DNA of 64,000 nucleotides from Thermococcus sp. JdFR-02 (GCA_002009975.1 MTLP01000042.1:160001-224000); one strand, 5' to 3'. Positions 16,750 through 27,383 are shown, counted from the stretch's first letter. A program made the numbers and translations. The notes: a model not told the origin generated them from the letters alone.

Positions 16750-18171
16750 ATGTTACCTCCCCAGAAGACAAAAATAATTGCAACTGTAGGACCTTCTTCG
16801 AACAAAAAGGAAGTTTTAGAAAAAATGATTAAAAAAGGTATGGGAATTGCGAGGCTTAACTTCGCTCATGGCACTTTTAAGAGCCATGAAAAAATGATCA
16901 AGCTTATTCGCTCAGTATCTTCTCACTTGGATAAAAGAATGGCTATCCTTGGAGATTTGCCAGGACCAAAGCTTCGTATTGGTGAATTCGAAAAGGAACC
17001 AATAATCCTCAGAAAAGGGGATGTAGTAACTTTGACAACGAGAGATATTAAAGGAAATGAAAAGTTAATCCCCGTTGAGTTTAAAAAACTTCCAAAAATT
17101 GTTTCAAAAGGAGATGTGATTTACCTAAAGGATGGCTTCATAAAGTTAAAGGTTGAGGAAGTCCAAGGGACAGACATAAAGTGTAGGGTTATAATTGGAG
17201 GAACTCTCTCTTCTCACAAGGGAATAAACTTACCAAAGGCTAACATTCCTGTTGAGTCTCCAACAAAGAGAGATCTTGAGATTCTTGACTTCATTTTAGA
17301 GCATGATGTAGATGCTGTAGGCATTTCCTTCGTTAGAAAAGCAGAAGATGTAATTAGAGTTAAAAAGATTGCACAAAAGAAAGGAAAGCAAATATTCGTT
17401 ATTGCAAAGATCGAACGCCCAGAAGCTGTAAAGAACATTGACGAAATCCTAAAAGTTGCTGATGGAATAATGGTTGCTCGTGGCGACTTAGGAGTTGAAA
17501 TGCCAATTGAAGAGTTGGCAATAATCCAAAAGAAGCTCATTTTTAAAGCAAACTTAGCTGGGAAGCCTGTTATAACTGCAACTCAAATGCTTGAGTCCAT
17601 GACCGAAGATATAAGACCAACAAGAGCAGAGGCTACAGATGTTGCAAATGCAATTTTAGATGGGACTGATGCAGTTATGCTTTCAGGGGAAACCGCTATT
17701 GGACAATATCCCGTTGAAACTGTTGAGATGATGTCAAAAATTGCAAGAGTTGCAGAGACTTATAGAGAGAGTATTAACGACAACAAAGTTTTAGACACAA
17801 TTAAAGGAAAAACATCAGAAATTAGTGTTGAGGATGCGATTTCAATAGGTATCGCAGAGGCTTTAAAAGTTATAGATGTTAGGCTAATTTTGACCCCAAC
17901 AACAACCGGGAAAACACCACGCTTAATTTCTCGTTTCAAGCCAAAACAGTGGATATTAGCCTTTAGTCCAGATGAAAAGGTTTGCAACTCATTAATGTTC
18001 TCCTATGGAGTCTATCCTTTCTATATGAAAGAGAGGAGCGATGAAAACATACTAAGGTTCATAAAAGAAAATAATTTAGCTAAAAGTGGAGATAAAGTTC
18101 TCCTAACAGAAGGGATAAAAATCGAAAAACCAGCAGGAACAAATGCAATGAAGATATTTACTTTGCTTTAA
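16750..18171 (+). CDS. pyk: Pyruvate kinase
   Basis: TKIIATVGP, RLNFAHG, DLPGPKLR, IAKIE, MVARGDLGVE, ATQMLESM, DAVMLSGETA. Confidence 0.97.
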   Translation: MLPPQKTKIIATVGPSSNKKEVLEKMIKKGMGIARLNFAHGTFKSHEKMIKLIRSVSSHLDKRMAILGDLPGPKLRIGEFEKEPIILRKGDVVTLTTRDIKGNEKLIPVEFKKLPKIVSKGDVIYLKDGFIKLKVEEVQGTDIKCRVIIGGTLSSHKGINLPKANIPVESPTKRDLEILDFILEHDVDAVGISFVRKAEDVIRVKKIAQKKGKQIFVIAKIERPEAVKNIDEILKVADGIMVARGDLGVEMPIEELAIIQKKLIFKANLAGKPVITATQMLESMTEDIRPTRAEATDVANAILDGTDAVMLSGETAIGQYPVETVEMMSKIARVAETYRESINDNKVLDTIKGKTSEISVEDAISIGIAEALKVIDVRLILTPTTTGKTPRLISRFKPKQWILAFSPDEKVCNSLMFSYGVYPFYMKERSDENILRFIKENNLAKSGDKVLLTEGIKIEKPAGTNAMKIFTLL

Positions 18172-18890
18172 TCCATTAACCTTCCACCATTTACATCTAT
18201 TAATTCACCAGTTATGTGGTCATTTTCAAGTAAGAAGATTACTGTGTGAGCTATTTCCTCTGGTTTTGCTATCTCTCCTGTTAGTGAAAGCTTCCTAAGC
18301 CTTTCTTTTAATTCTGGAGTTATCAACTCGGTATCAACTGGTCCGGGGGCAACGGCATTAACTAGAATATTTGGTGCTAAGTGTCTTGCTAAGTTAAAGG
18401 TTAAAGCTATCAAACCGCCCTTTGATGCTGCATAATGAGCACCTACCGTTCCCCCATCTTTTCCAGCAATTGAAGCAATGTTTACAATTTTTCCCTTTTT
18501 CATGTGCTTCAAAACCTCTTGCGTAACTATAAATGCTCCCTTTAAGTTTACATTTAAAACGGCGTCCCAGTCTTCATCCGTAATTTCCTCTGGCTTTATT
18601 CCCTTTCCTAGAATTCCAGCATTATTTATGAGAATGTCAATTCTTCCAAATTTTTCAATTATTTTATTTACCATAGCTCTAACTTCTTCCCTTTTGCTAA
18701 CATCGGCTTTTACAGTGAGCGTTCCAACTCCATAAGCCCTACAAAGTTCTTCTGTTTTCTTTGCTTCTTCTTCATTCCTTGCATAGTTTATCACAACATT
18801 TGCGCCTTTTTGTGCTAAAGCTACTGCTATTGCCTTTCCAATTCCTCTTGAAGCACCAGTAACTAAAGCTACTTTGCCTTTCAATTCCAT
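18168..18890 (-). CDS. Short-chain dehydrogenase/reductase (FabG-like)
   Basis: TGASRGIG, NNAG, YAASK, VAPG. Confidence 0.92.
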   Translation of the reverse strand: MELKGKVALVTGASRGIGKAIAVALAQKGANVVINYARNEEEAKKTEELCRAYGVGTLTVKADVSKREEVRAMVNKIIEKFGRIDILINNAGILGKGIKPEEITDEDWDAVLNVNLKGAFIVTQEVLKHMKKGKIVNIASIAGKDGGTVGAHYAASKGGLIALTFNLARHLAPNILVNAVAPGPVDTELITPELKERLRKLSLTGEIAKPEEIAHTVIFLLENDHITGELIDVNGGRLMD

Positions 18891-18991
18891 TGCAACCACC
18901 ACTAAAATTACAAGATTTAAAGTTAAAAAGTCTTGCTTAATTAAAGCACTTGACCAAAATATTTTTACGTTCTAAAAGTGAAACTAAAAAT

Positions 18992-19543
18992 ATGAAAAAG
19001 TTTGTTATCGTGAGTCTGTTAATATTTGTTGTTTTACTTTCGGGATGTGCACAAAAGGAAAAGGAGGAGGAGAAAATGAGTTTAAAGATTAGCTCTGTTT
19101 TTGGTGAGAATGAGTTTATTCCGAGAAAATATACTTGTGAGGGCATAGATGTTAATCCACCCCTAAAGCTTGAAGGACTGAGTGAAAAAGCCGTTAGTAT
19201 AGCAATAATAGTCGATGATCCAGATGCACCAATAGGGACTTTTGTTCACTGGGTTGCTTGGAACATTCCACCAACAAATGAAATTCCAGAAGGAATTCCA
19301 AAGGAGAGAGAAGTAAAAAGCCCAATAGAAGTTGTGCAGGGAAAGAACGACTTTGGAAGAATTGGCTATAATGGACCTTGTCCACCACGGGGTCACGGAA
19401 TTCATCACTACCACTTCAAGGTTTACGTGCTTGATACAAAGCTTGACATAAAAGCAGGTGCAACTAAGAGAGATCTAAAAAGAGCTATGAAAGGACATAT
19501 CATTCAACAAGGTGAGCTAATTGGACTTTATGAGCGTAGATAG
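18992..19543 (+). CDS. YbhB/YbcL (PEBP) family protein with lipoprotein-type signal
   Basis: LSGC lipobox; DPDAP, FVHWV, GPCPP, HHYHF. Confidence 0.9.
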   Translation: MKKFVIVSLLIFVVLLSGCAQKEKEEEKMSLKISSVFGENEFIPRKYTCEGIDVNPPLKLEGLSEKAVSIAIIVDDPDAPIGTFVHWVAWNIPPTNEIPEGIPKEREVKSPIEVVQGKNDFGRIGYNGPCPPRGHGIHHYHFKVYVLDTKLDIKAGATKRDLKRAMKGHIIQQGELIGLYERR

Positions 19544-19676
19544 CAGTTTCCACTTTATTACTTTATTTTTAACGCTTCTATTATTTTAGTTCCAAAATGT
19601 TTTTAAAGTTTTGATACTAAATATAAAACACAGTAACATTAAAGTATCATAGTTGCTATTCATTGGGGTGATTCTA

Positions 19677-20372
19677 ATGAACAATATACCTTCTCTTGCA
19701 ACATATCTAAACTCTCTAAGACCCGGAGAAAATATCTTGCTGGAGTACAACAAACCCTTTCTGTCCCATATAGCCTTTTATATAATCTCAAAGCATTTTT
19801 TAAATAAGGAATACCCCATAATTATCGATGATCTTTTGGATACACTATATGTCTATAAATCACAGCTCGAATTTGCAGGTATTGATACTAAATTTTTGGA
19901 AAGCGAGCAAGTTTTTGTTATTAAAGTTGGTGGGCGCAAGGAAGTTGGGAGAGTTGTAGGGAAAATTAAAATCCATCCAGACTTTTATGTTCATAAAGAG
20001 AACTACAACAGAGTATTTATGCGTGTTTTAAAGAGCGGAAAGTATTTTATCAACATTGTTCTCGGTTTCGACAAAAGGATTGCGTTAACTCAAGATGCAT
20101 ATAACAAGTACTCTCTTTTACTTAACAAGTCACGGTACCTAGGCAATAAGAAGAGGACATCCATCTATTTTGTAAACACTGGAATTCTTAAAGGCTCACC
20201 ATTAGCCCTTCCATATCTAGAGGAAATCTCTACAAATGTCGTTATGATAGATAAAAAGGATAGTAGTGTTGTAATAAAAATTTTGAAGTCTCCTTTGCCA
20301 GAGTTAAATGACAGAGTTTTTGAGTTTGATATAAAAAATGTTGAAGAATTTGTAAGGAGGTACCTGAAATGA
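19677..20372 (+). CDS. DUF257 family (inactive RecA/KaiC-like) protein
   Basis: PGE.ILLEY, IIDDLLDTL, IKVGG, LGNKKR; no Walker A. Confidence 0.75.
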   Translation: MNNIPSLATYLNSLRPGENILLEYNKPFLSHIAFYIISKHFLNKEYPIIIDDLLDTLYVYKSQLEFAGIDTKFLESEQVFVIKVGGRKEVGRVVGKIKIHPDFYVHKENYNRVFMRVLKSGKYFINIVLGFDKRIALTQDAYNKYSLLLNKSRYLGNKKRTSIYFVNTGILKGSPLALPYLEEISTNVVMIDKKDSSVVIKILKSPLPELNDRVFEFDIKNVEEFVRRYLK

Positions 20373-21025
20373 CATCGCTATTTGAGCTTTTTGAGAAATT
20401 TAAGCCAGGAGAGATTGTTCTAATATTCTATTCTCCATTCTCACCCCACTATAGTCTTTTTAGGTCTTTATTGACGTATTCAAAAGAAAAAGGACTTGAC
20501 GTCATTATAGATGATGCCCTGGATATGCTCCATGTCTATAAGACAAATATGGAATACTTCGGAATAGATACAAAGGATATAGAAGATGTAAAAGTCATAA
20601 AAGCTGGAGGATTAAGAGAGGTTGGAAAGATACTTGAAAGGGTCAATGTAGAAGCGGATGCTGCATTTCATTTGGAGAAATATAACGAAGTGTTTAATAA
20701 AGTTTTAGAGAAGTTTGATCTTGTTCTCAATATTGCTTTAGGATTTGACAAGCTCTTAGCATTTTATTCTGGAAGTCAACAGGATTTAAACGTTATACTA
20801 CTTGCACTAAGGCATTTCCTTGGTAATAAGAAGAGGATTGCAGTATACTTTCTAAATGAAGATCTCGTTACCAAAATACCTGGTGCTGTTGAATTTTTAG
20901 AGGATTCTGCAAGCACAGTTCTTAGATTAGAAAAGAACGAGAAATGGGTACTAAAAGTCCTAAAGTCTCCAAATATTGAGCTGCTTGAAAAGGAGATTGA
21001 GATAGCTAGTGGTAGCGAATCTTAA
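20369..21025 (+). CDS. DUF257 family protein (tandem paralog)
   Basis: PGEIVLI, IIDDALDML, IKAGG, LGNKKR; ATGA overlap. Confidence 0.75.
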   Translation: MTSLFELFEKFKPGEIVLIFYSPFSPHYSLFRSLLTYSKEKGLDVIIDDALDMLHVYKTNMEYFGIDTKDIEDVKVIKAGGLREVGKILERVNVEADAAFHLEKYNEVFNKVLEKFDLVLNIALGFDKLLAFYSGSQQDLNVILLALRHFLGNKKRIAVYFLNEDLVTKIPGAVEFLEDSASTVLRLEKNEKWVLKVLKSPNIELLEKEIEIASGSES

Positions 21026-21254
21026 CGTATAAGTTAACGGAGCTTTGGAAAGTTGCAAGCCCATTTAACGTTAAAAATATCCAATCCCCAATCATATATG
21101 AGTACAGCGTTAAAAGGAACGACGCTGTGACATAAATTAAAACGAATCTAAAGTTCAATGGACATTTCTTCTGTTTTATGGTTTCTATCGTCTGAGGAGC
21201 CCATGAGCTTACGAGTAATATCATACCAAGCAGACCAATCCACGTTCCGTTCAT
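21006..21254 (-). CDS. SemiSWEET / PQ-loop transporter-like protein
   Basis: 3 TM, WAPQ PQ motif, 82 aa. Confidence 0.75.
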   Translation of the reverse strand: MNGTWIGLLGMILLVSSWAPQTIETIKQKKCPLNFRFVLIYVTASFLLTLYSYMIGDWIFLTLNGLATFQSSVNLYVKIRYH

Positions 21255-21368
21255 TTTACCACCCCCTTTTTTAAGCCCTTAGAAGTTTCAAAACTAAGCA
21301 AAAAAGCGTTGTGAATTAATTCATATCAAAAAAGAAGCACAAAATTAAAAAAATTGACAGAAATATGT

Positions 21369-21860
21369 TTATACTCCTTTACTTTGAGTTAGTTCTGCTG
21401 CAAGTCTTGAAGTTGCCCATGTCTTCACATCGGTGTCAATTATCTTGTTAATAATCTCAAGTGCCTCAGAGACCTTTCCTTGCTTTGCAAGGACAATCGC
21501 AATTTCTGCCTGAACTTTAGAACGATTAGAGATGTCATGAATAAAATTTGCAATTTCTAAAGCATCATCAAGACGATTAAGTGCTATCAACTCAAAGGCT
21601 AAGCTCATTAAGGCTTTGGTTATGGACTCTTCATTGTTCATCTCAAATATGGCATCCAACGTTTTCTGCAGAGTTTCCTTATATCCCTCATGAGATGTCT
21701 TTGCCATCTCAATTGTTATTTTGGAGAGAGCTTTAGCCTTTATTCCTTTATCGGGAATAGCATTTGCAATATCCAGAGCAGTTTTAAACTGTTTATCTTT
21801 TAATAATTTTATGACTCCATCATATAAAGCTCTAGATTGATACCATTTCTCCATCATCAT
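21369..21860 (-). CDS. Helical-repeat (TPR-like) protein
   Basis: Repeated AL.IAN.I.D units. Confidence 0.7.
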   Translation of the reverse strand: MMMEKWYQSRALYDGVIKLLKDKQFKTALDIANAIPDKGIKAKALSKITIEMAKTSHEGYKETLQKTLDAIFEMNNEESITKALMSLAFELIALNRLDDALEIANFIHDISNRSKVQAEIAIVLAKQGKVSEALEIINKIIDTDVKTWATSRLAAELTQSKGV

Positions 21861-21959
21861 GCACCAAAGAAATTTTGCTTTTGTTGAACTTAAGCTTTCC
21901 TATGGTAGGCATCAAATTTGAGGAAAAACTTTAAAAGTGTCTCGCGTTTCCACAATTCG

Positions 21960-23099
21960 ATGTCCATGAAAAAACTTAGCGAGATTTTCAGTGAAATATT
22001 AATCAAAAGGGGCATTGATAAGGTGGGAAGCCTTTCTAAGAGAATTCCCAATAGAGAGTCTAAAAATCCAATCCAAGATATTGCAATTGCAGTCCTCGAA
22101 AATAAAGGCGTTATAGCTGAAATTGGTAATCCAACAGCTTTAGCCTGGGATTTGAGAGGAAACAAAACCAAAGGTGCAAAATTCGCTTTTGTTCCCCTTA
22201 ACTCTAAATATCTCTCAAAATTTAGCATCGTTTTAAAAAGTGAGGACATTATGAGAGAATTGGAAAAACACAATTACCCTCTCTTTATAATTGATCTGAT
22301 GCACTGGGAGAAGCACACCTTAAAAGAAAAGAGGAAAGTTGCTTTACAAGTTGCCCAAAGCTACGGAGTAATTAGAGACTATCTTTGGGGCGATCTGCTA
22401 AACGTTACATGGGTAAATGAAGAATTTAAGAAATTGGCTGGAGGTTTGCCAATAGAGAGAGTTAGTGTCTATGAAATTTCAACAGCAGATTTTCTAAAGA
22501 AAGAAGGCATAGATGAGGTAATTCTCCTTGATCCAAGGGCTGAAGAGGACCTTAGTAGAGAAGATTTCAATGTTAAGGCTTTCATAATAGGTGGAATTGT
22601 TGATATGGGCGGAACTAAAAAGGGAACAACCACTCAGATTGGAAAAATCCTTGAAGAGTCTGGGATAAAGGTCAGACGCAGGAAAATTACATTAAGAGGA
22701 GACATTTTTGGTGTTCCAGATAGGATAAATCACATCCTTGAAATTGTTCTTAAAATGCTGGTGGAGGATAAAAGTATGGAAGAAGCTATTTTAGATGTTC
22801 AAGCCCCAATTCAAGCAAGATGGCGTTTAAGGAAAGAACTTCCTAAACATGCTGTTAGATTTTTAATTGATGGTAAGAAATTTTTAGTTGTTGAAAAAGA
22901 GCTCTATAAAGAGTTTAGCGAATGGTTAAACATTAGATGGGAGGATTTTGTTCAAGTGCTTAGAGAATTAAACTTTGTAGCTCTCGAGAGAAAGAGGTTA
23001 CACCACTTAAAGAAAATCTCAACATTTAGGCTAATAAATGGAAAAGGTCATTGGGTATTGTTAACAAAAAGAGCAGCATTGCTCTGCTATAATTGTTAG
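21960..23099 (+). CDS. trm10: tRNA (purine(9)-N1)-methyltransferase Trm10
   Basis: SPOUT motifs LLDPRA, FIIGGIVD, GVPDRIN. Confidence 0.8.
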   Translation: MSMKKLSEIFSEILIKRGIDKVGSLSKRIPNRESKNPIQDIAIAVLENKGVIAEIGNPTALAWDLRGNKTKGAKFAFVPLNSKYLSKFSIVLKSEDIMRELEKHNYPLFIIDLMHWEKHTLKEKRKVALQVAQSYGVIRDYLWGDLLNVTWVNEEFKKLAGGLPIERVSVYEISTADFLKKEGIDEVILLDPRAEEDLSREDFNVKAFIIGGIVDMGGTKKGTTTQIGKILEESGIKVRRRKITLRGDIFGVPDRINHILEIVLKMLVEDKSMEEAILDVQAPIQARWRLRKELPKHAVRFLIDGKKFLVVEKELYKEFSEWLNIRWEDFVQVLRELNFVALERKRLHHLKKISTFRLINGKGHWVLLTKRAALLCYNC

Positions 23100-23102
23100 A
23101 AA

Positions 23103-24110
23103 CTAAAGCAATCCCTCCAAATAAGCCAGTTCAGCGTTTAAAATCGAGCCTCCTGCAGCACCTCTAACTAAATTATGCCCCAAAGTGACGTATTTAAACT
23201 TTCTTTCTCCAACTTTCTCTAATCTTCCAACAACAACAGTCATTCCTCTCCCCAAATCTCTATAAAGCTTTGGCTGTGGAATTTCCCTATAAACTATTGG
23301 TCTTTCTGCTGTGGGAAGGTTTAGCTTTTCAAGACCTTCAAACTCAACCAGAGCTTTTTTCACCTCTTCCCTTTCAACATCTTCCTCAAACTCTATGAAA
23401 ACAGCTTCTGTATGACCATGTGCCACTGGAACTCTAGTAGTTAAAGCTGCAATTTCAAAGTTTGCTGGAGTTATCTTACTTTCTTCAAGCTTCCCAAGTA
23501 TTTTTCTTGACTCATTCTCGATTTTCCACTCTTCGTTTTCAATGTAAGGGATAACATTATCAAAAATCTGCATAGCTGAGATGCCTCTAAATCCCGCCCC
23601 AGATATCGCTTGCATTGTTGCAACGTTAACGTTCTTTATTCCAAACTTTGAGAGGGCTTTAAGAGAAAGAACGAGTATAGCTGTAGAGCAATTTGGGTTT
23701 GTAACAATAAATCCCTCCCAATTGCGCTTTTCTCTTTGAACTTCGATTAAGCTTAAATGCTCTCTATTTACTTCTGGAACTAAAATTGGCACATCCTCTT
23801 CATAGCGGTGTGAAGAGGCATTGGAAAATAGGGGGACTCTTTTAGCAAGCTTTTTCTCAACTTCCTTAGCAATTAAGGAAGGTAAAGCCGAAAAAATTAA
23901 ATCAACTTCTCCAGCAAACTCCTCCAAGCTTTCTATCTTTATTTCCCCAATTTCTTCCGAAACTTCCCAAGTTGCCACTTCACTGAACCTCTTTCCCTTT
24001 GATCTCTGCGAAGCTACCAAATGCTTTATCTCAAACCAAGGATGGTTCTCTAAAAGTCTTACAAAGGTTTGCCCAACTAGTCCCGTTGCTCCCAAAATAG
24101 CTACTTCCAT
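23103..24110 (-). CDS. asd: Aspartate-semialdehyde dehydrogenase
   Basis: GATGLVG, NPNCST, QAISGAG, HNLVRGAAG. Confidence 0.96.
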   Translation of the reverse strand: MEVAILGATGLVGQTFVRLLENHPWFEIKHLVASQRSKGKRFSEVATWEVSEEIGEIKIESLEEFAGEVDLIFSALPSLIAKEVEKKLAKRVPLFSNASSHRYEEDVPILVPEVNREHLSLIEVQREKRNWEGFIVTNPNCSTAILVLSLKALSKFGIKNVNVATMQAISGAGFRGISAMQIFDNVIPYIENEEWKIENESRKILGKLEESKITPANFEIAALTTRVPVAHGHTEAVFIEFEEDVEREEVKKALVEFEGLEKLNLPTAERPIVYREIPQPKLYRDLGRGMTVVVGRLEKVGERKFKYVTLGHNLVRGAAGGSILNAELAYLEGLL

Positions 24111-25279
24111 TAAAGAACCTCCTTGAATGCTTCTAAACTTGGCTCTATTGGTTCTGGGAGTCTAAAGTTCTCAAGAATTATGTTTGGGTCCTTCAATCCA
24201 TGCCCTGTTGTTATTAAAACCACGCTTTCATCATCTTCAATTTTATCTCTCAGCTTTATCAACCCAGCAAGGGAAGAAGCAGATGCAGGTTCCACAAAGA
24301 TTCCTTCTTTTGATGCTAAAAGCTTTTGAGCATTTAGAATTTCCTTGTCGCTAACACTTTCCAAAAGTCCTTTAGATTCCTCAACAGCCTTTAGTGCTTT
24401 TTTCCAGTTAGCTGGATTTCCAATTCTTATTGCTGTTGCCACTGTCTCGGGTTTTTCAAAGGGTTTGAAAGTTCCTTCTTTAAAGGCTTTAGCTAAAGGT
24501 GAAGCCCCTTCTGCTTGAATTCCAATCATCTGAGGAAGCTTATCAATGAATCCAACTTCATAAAGCTCCTTAAACCCTTTCCAAATTGCCGAAATATTTC
24601 CAGCATTTCCAACAGGTAAAATAACTTTATCTGGAACAAAGCCTAATTGATCAAAGATCTCAAAAGCTATGGTTTTTTGCCCCTCTAAGCGAAAGGGATT
24701 TATAGAGTTGAGCATGTAAACGCCCAGTTCTTTGCTTGCTTCGACCACAACCCTTAAGGCATCATCAAAGTTTCCCCTGATTGGAACTACCTTTGCACCG
24801 TAAACTATTGCCTGAGCAAGCTTTCCTAATGCAATCTTCCCACTCGGAACCAGAACATAACTTTTAATTCCAGCTTTTGCTGAATAAGCAGCTAAAGACG
24901 CCGAAGTATTACCTGTTGAGGCGCAAATTACTTTATCCATACCAAGCTCCAAAGCTTTGCTAACTCCAACAGTCATTCCCCTATCTTTAAAAGAGCCCGT
25001 AGGATTTGCACCTTCATTTTTGACGTAAAGCTCTTTCATCTTAAGCTCCTTTTGGAGGTTTTCTAAGCGATATAAAGGTGTTCCCCCTTCGTTGAGCGAA
25101 ACTCTCTTTTCAACTGGGATAAAGCTCTCATATTTCCACAATGTTATGTTTTTACCATCGAAGACGTTTTCAACTTTATCTAAATCAACAAGGACTTCAA
25201 GTAATCCACCACATTCACACTTATACCTAACCTCTTTTGGATCATATTCCTTTCCACATTCTATACATTTCAAAATCAT
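24110..25279 (-). CDS. thrC: Threonine synthase
   Basis: NPTGSFKDRG, ASTGNT, VPVGNAGN-like, TGHGLK. Confidence 0.95.
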   Translation of the reverse strand: MILKCIECGKEYDPKEVRYKCECGGLLEVLVDLDKVENVFDGKNITLWKYESFIPVEKRVSLNEGGTPLYRLENLQKELKMKELYVKNEGANPTGSFKDRGMTVGVSKALELGMDKVICASTGNTSASLAAYSAKAGIKSYVLVPSGKIALGKLAQAIVYGAKVVPIRGNFDDALRVVVEASKELGVYMLNSINPFRLEGQKTIAFEIFDQLGFVPDKVILPVGNAGNISAIWKGFKELYEVGFIDKLPQMIGIQAEGASPLAKAFKEGTFKPFEKPETVATAIRIGNPANWKKALKAVEESKGLLESVSDKEILNAQKLLASKEGIFVEPASASSLAGLIKLRDKIEDDESVVLITTGHGLKDPNIILENFRLPEPIEPSLEAFKEVL

Positions 25280-26151
25280 TCTGCTCCCCCTCCTACTTTG
25301 CTAATAAAGTATTCAGCATTAATTCCCTCCTCTTCAAAAGCCTCTACAATTGCTTTTCCAATCTCATCAAGGTTTTCACCTAAAGCAAATACAGCTGGTC
25401 CAGAGCCAGAAATAGATAATCCATAGGCTCCGCTCTCTAATGCTGCTTTCCTAACCTTGTCGAACCAAGGTATTATGGGCTTCCTATAGGGAATTGCTAA
25501 ATAATCATCCAACAACTTTCCAACTTCTTCTATATCACCATTTTCTAAAGCTAAAACCAAGGAACTTGCTAAGGCTAAATTTCTTACTGCATCGCTTAAT
25601 GGGACGTATTTTGGTAAAACTTCTCTCGCCCTTTTAGTGCTCACTTCCACTTCTGGCAGTACTACAACTAACTTAAGCTTTGCATCTATCTTGAATACTT
25701 CAAGAGGGAATAGGGATTTTAAGACCACGAATCCTCCAAACAGGGCTGGAACCACGTTATCGCCGTGAGGACTTCCAGATGCTACCCTTTCCCCCTCTAA
25801 AGCTGCTCTCAAAATAATCTCTTTATTCTCTATATTCAAAAGCCTTGCAATTGCTAAAGCTCCTCCCAGAGCAGAGGCTCCAGAGCTACCAAGCCCACTT
25901 TTTGGCCTTATTCCTTTTTTGAGCTTCATCTTAAAGCCACTCTCAACTCCTGCTTGCCTTAAGAGGGATAAAGCCGAAACAGAAGCAACATTCTTGTTTG
26001 GCTCCTCTGGAACCTTATAACCCTTGACTTTTACTTCAATCTCATCGCTTAGCTCAACCCTAATGAAATCCCTTGGCTTTTCTAAGCAAAGACCAAAGAC
26101 ATCAAATCCTGGTCCAAAGTTTGCTATCGTTGCTGGAACTGAGACTTTCAT
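25276..26151 (-). CDS. thrB: Homoserine kinase
   Basis: PATIANFGPGFD, GLGSSGA, HGDN, SGSGP. Confidence 0.96.
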   Translation of the reverse strand: MKVSVPATIANFGPGFDVFGLCLEKPRDFIRVELSDEIEVKVKGYKVPEEPNKNVASVSALSLLRQAGVESGFKMKLKKGIRPKSGLGSSGASALGGALAIARLLNIENKEIILRAALEGERVASGSPHGDNVVPALFGGFVVLKSLFPLEVFKIDAKLKLVVVLPEVEVSTKRAREVLPKYVPLSDAVRNLALASSLVLALENGDIEEVGKLLDDYLAIPYRKPIIPWFDKVRKAALESGAYGLSISGSGPAVFALGENLDEIGKAIVEAFEEEGINAEYFISKVGGGAE

Positions 26152-27203
26152 TGAAAAATCACCTCATGTACGGCATTTAAAGTATTTTCAAGCTCTTCCC
26201 TTCTTACAAGAAAACAAATCCAATTTCTGCCCCTCTTGTAAATCTGAGCATTGAAGTTCACTTCATTTACTCCAACAATCCCTATGCTTGCAAAGTTTTC
26301 ATTGATGATTTTATAGGTCAATATTGGCATTCCAGCGTTTATTTTTGAAATAAGCGTCCCTAAGCGCCGATTATTTGTTTTCCCCAGAATTATTGGTATC
26401 TTTCCCTTTACCGGTTCAATAGCCCTTTCATGCAAAGCCTTCATCCCAAGCATTGAAGCCGTCAAAACTTCTTCATAAGATGCAAAGGGGAGTAGCTTAG
26501 CATCTCTAACTATCTTAGGATCAGCTGTGTATATTCCCTTAACATCGCTCATAATCAAAACGGCTCTTGCTTCTAAAAGCGAACCCAATATCGTTGCTGT
26601 ATAATCACTTCCCCCTCTCCCAAGTGTTGTTCTAAAGCTTTTATAACCTCCCAGGAACCCTGTAACAACTGGAACCTTATTTTGTTTAAGCAAGTCTTCA
26701 AGAACTTTTACTCTCTTTGCTGTCTCACTAAAGTCAACTTTTGCGTTTCCAAAACTGTTGTCCGTCCTAATTATGTGAAAGGCATCAACTGCTTCGCTCT
26801 CTATTCCCAAGTTTTTCAAAGCATTTACGAATAGATTAACTGAAAGTCTTTCCCCAAAGGATAGGATATGGTCAATAAAGGCTTTTTTATTTGGAAAATT
26901 CTTTTCATTTCTCAAAACTTGCTCGAGCTCAGCTAAAAGTATTTCAGCTGAATTAAGATCAATTCCGCTTTTGTTTGCTAATCTTTCATGCTTTTCTGCA
27001 ATTTCTTCTATTGTTGATTCGTCTTTGCTCTCAGCCAAGTACAAAAGAGCATCTGTGACTCCTTTAAGTGCTGAAAGCACGACCACAACTTCATTCCCTT
27101 CGTAGAGTTTCAAAACCAGTTGCAATGCCTCTTTAAAAGAGTTCCCAATAGAGCTTCCTCCAAATTTAACGACTATTCTCTTATTGGAGAGTTTGTAAAT
27201 CAC
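26148..27203 (-). CDS. lysC: Aspartokinase (start ambiguous)
   Basis: VVKFGGSS, SFGE, TTLGRGGSD, DVKGIYTADP. Confidence 0.93.
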   Translation of the reverse strand: MIYKLSNKRIVVKFGGSSIGNSFKEALQLVLKLYEGNEVVVVLSALKGVTDALLYLAESKDESTIEEIAEKHERLANKSGIDLNSAEILLAELEQVLRNEKNFPNKKAFIDHILSFGERLSVNLFVNALKNLGIESEAVDAFHIIRTDNSFGNAKVDFSETAKRVKVLEDLLKQNKVPVVTGFLGGYKSFRTTLGRGGSDYTATILGSLLEARAVLIMSDVKGIYTADPKIVRDAKLLPFASYEEVLTASMLGMKALHERAIEPVKGKIPIILGKTNNRRLGTLISKINAGMPILTYKIINENFASIGIVGVNEVNFNAQIYKRGRNWICFLVRREELENTLNAVHEVIFQ

Positions 27204-27383
27204 CCATAATTAATCACCTATACAAAAGGTCTTTAACCCAAATATAGCTTTTTTTGAAAATTTTTTGTCAATAAGACAGAACTTGTAAAGTTACACTTTT
27301 TGATATGGACAATATGCTGGATTTCTCGGCTGTTTTGTTGATTTTTGATAAGATATTCTATAAGAAAATCCCATTTAGTAATT

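Noticed and set aside
27306-27325. TGGACA perfect Tar half-site
   Set aside because: No matching second half at N8 spacing.
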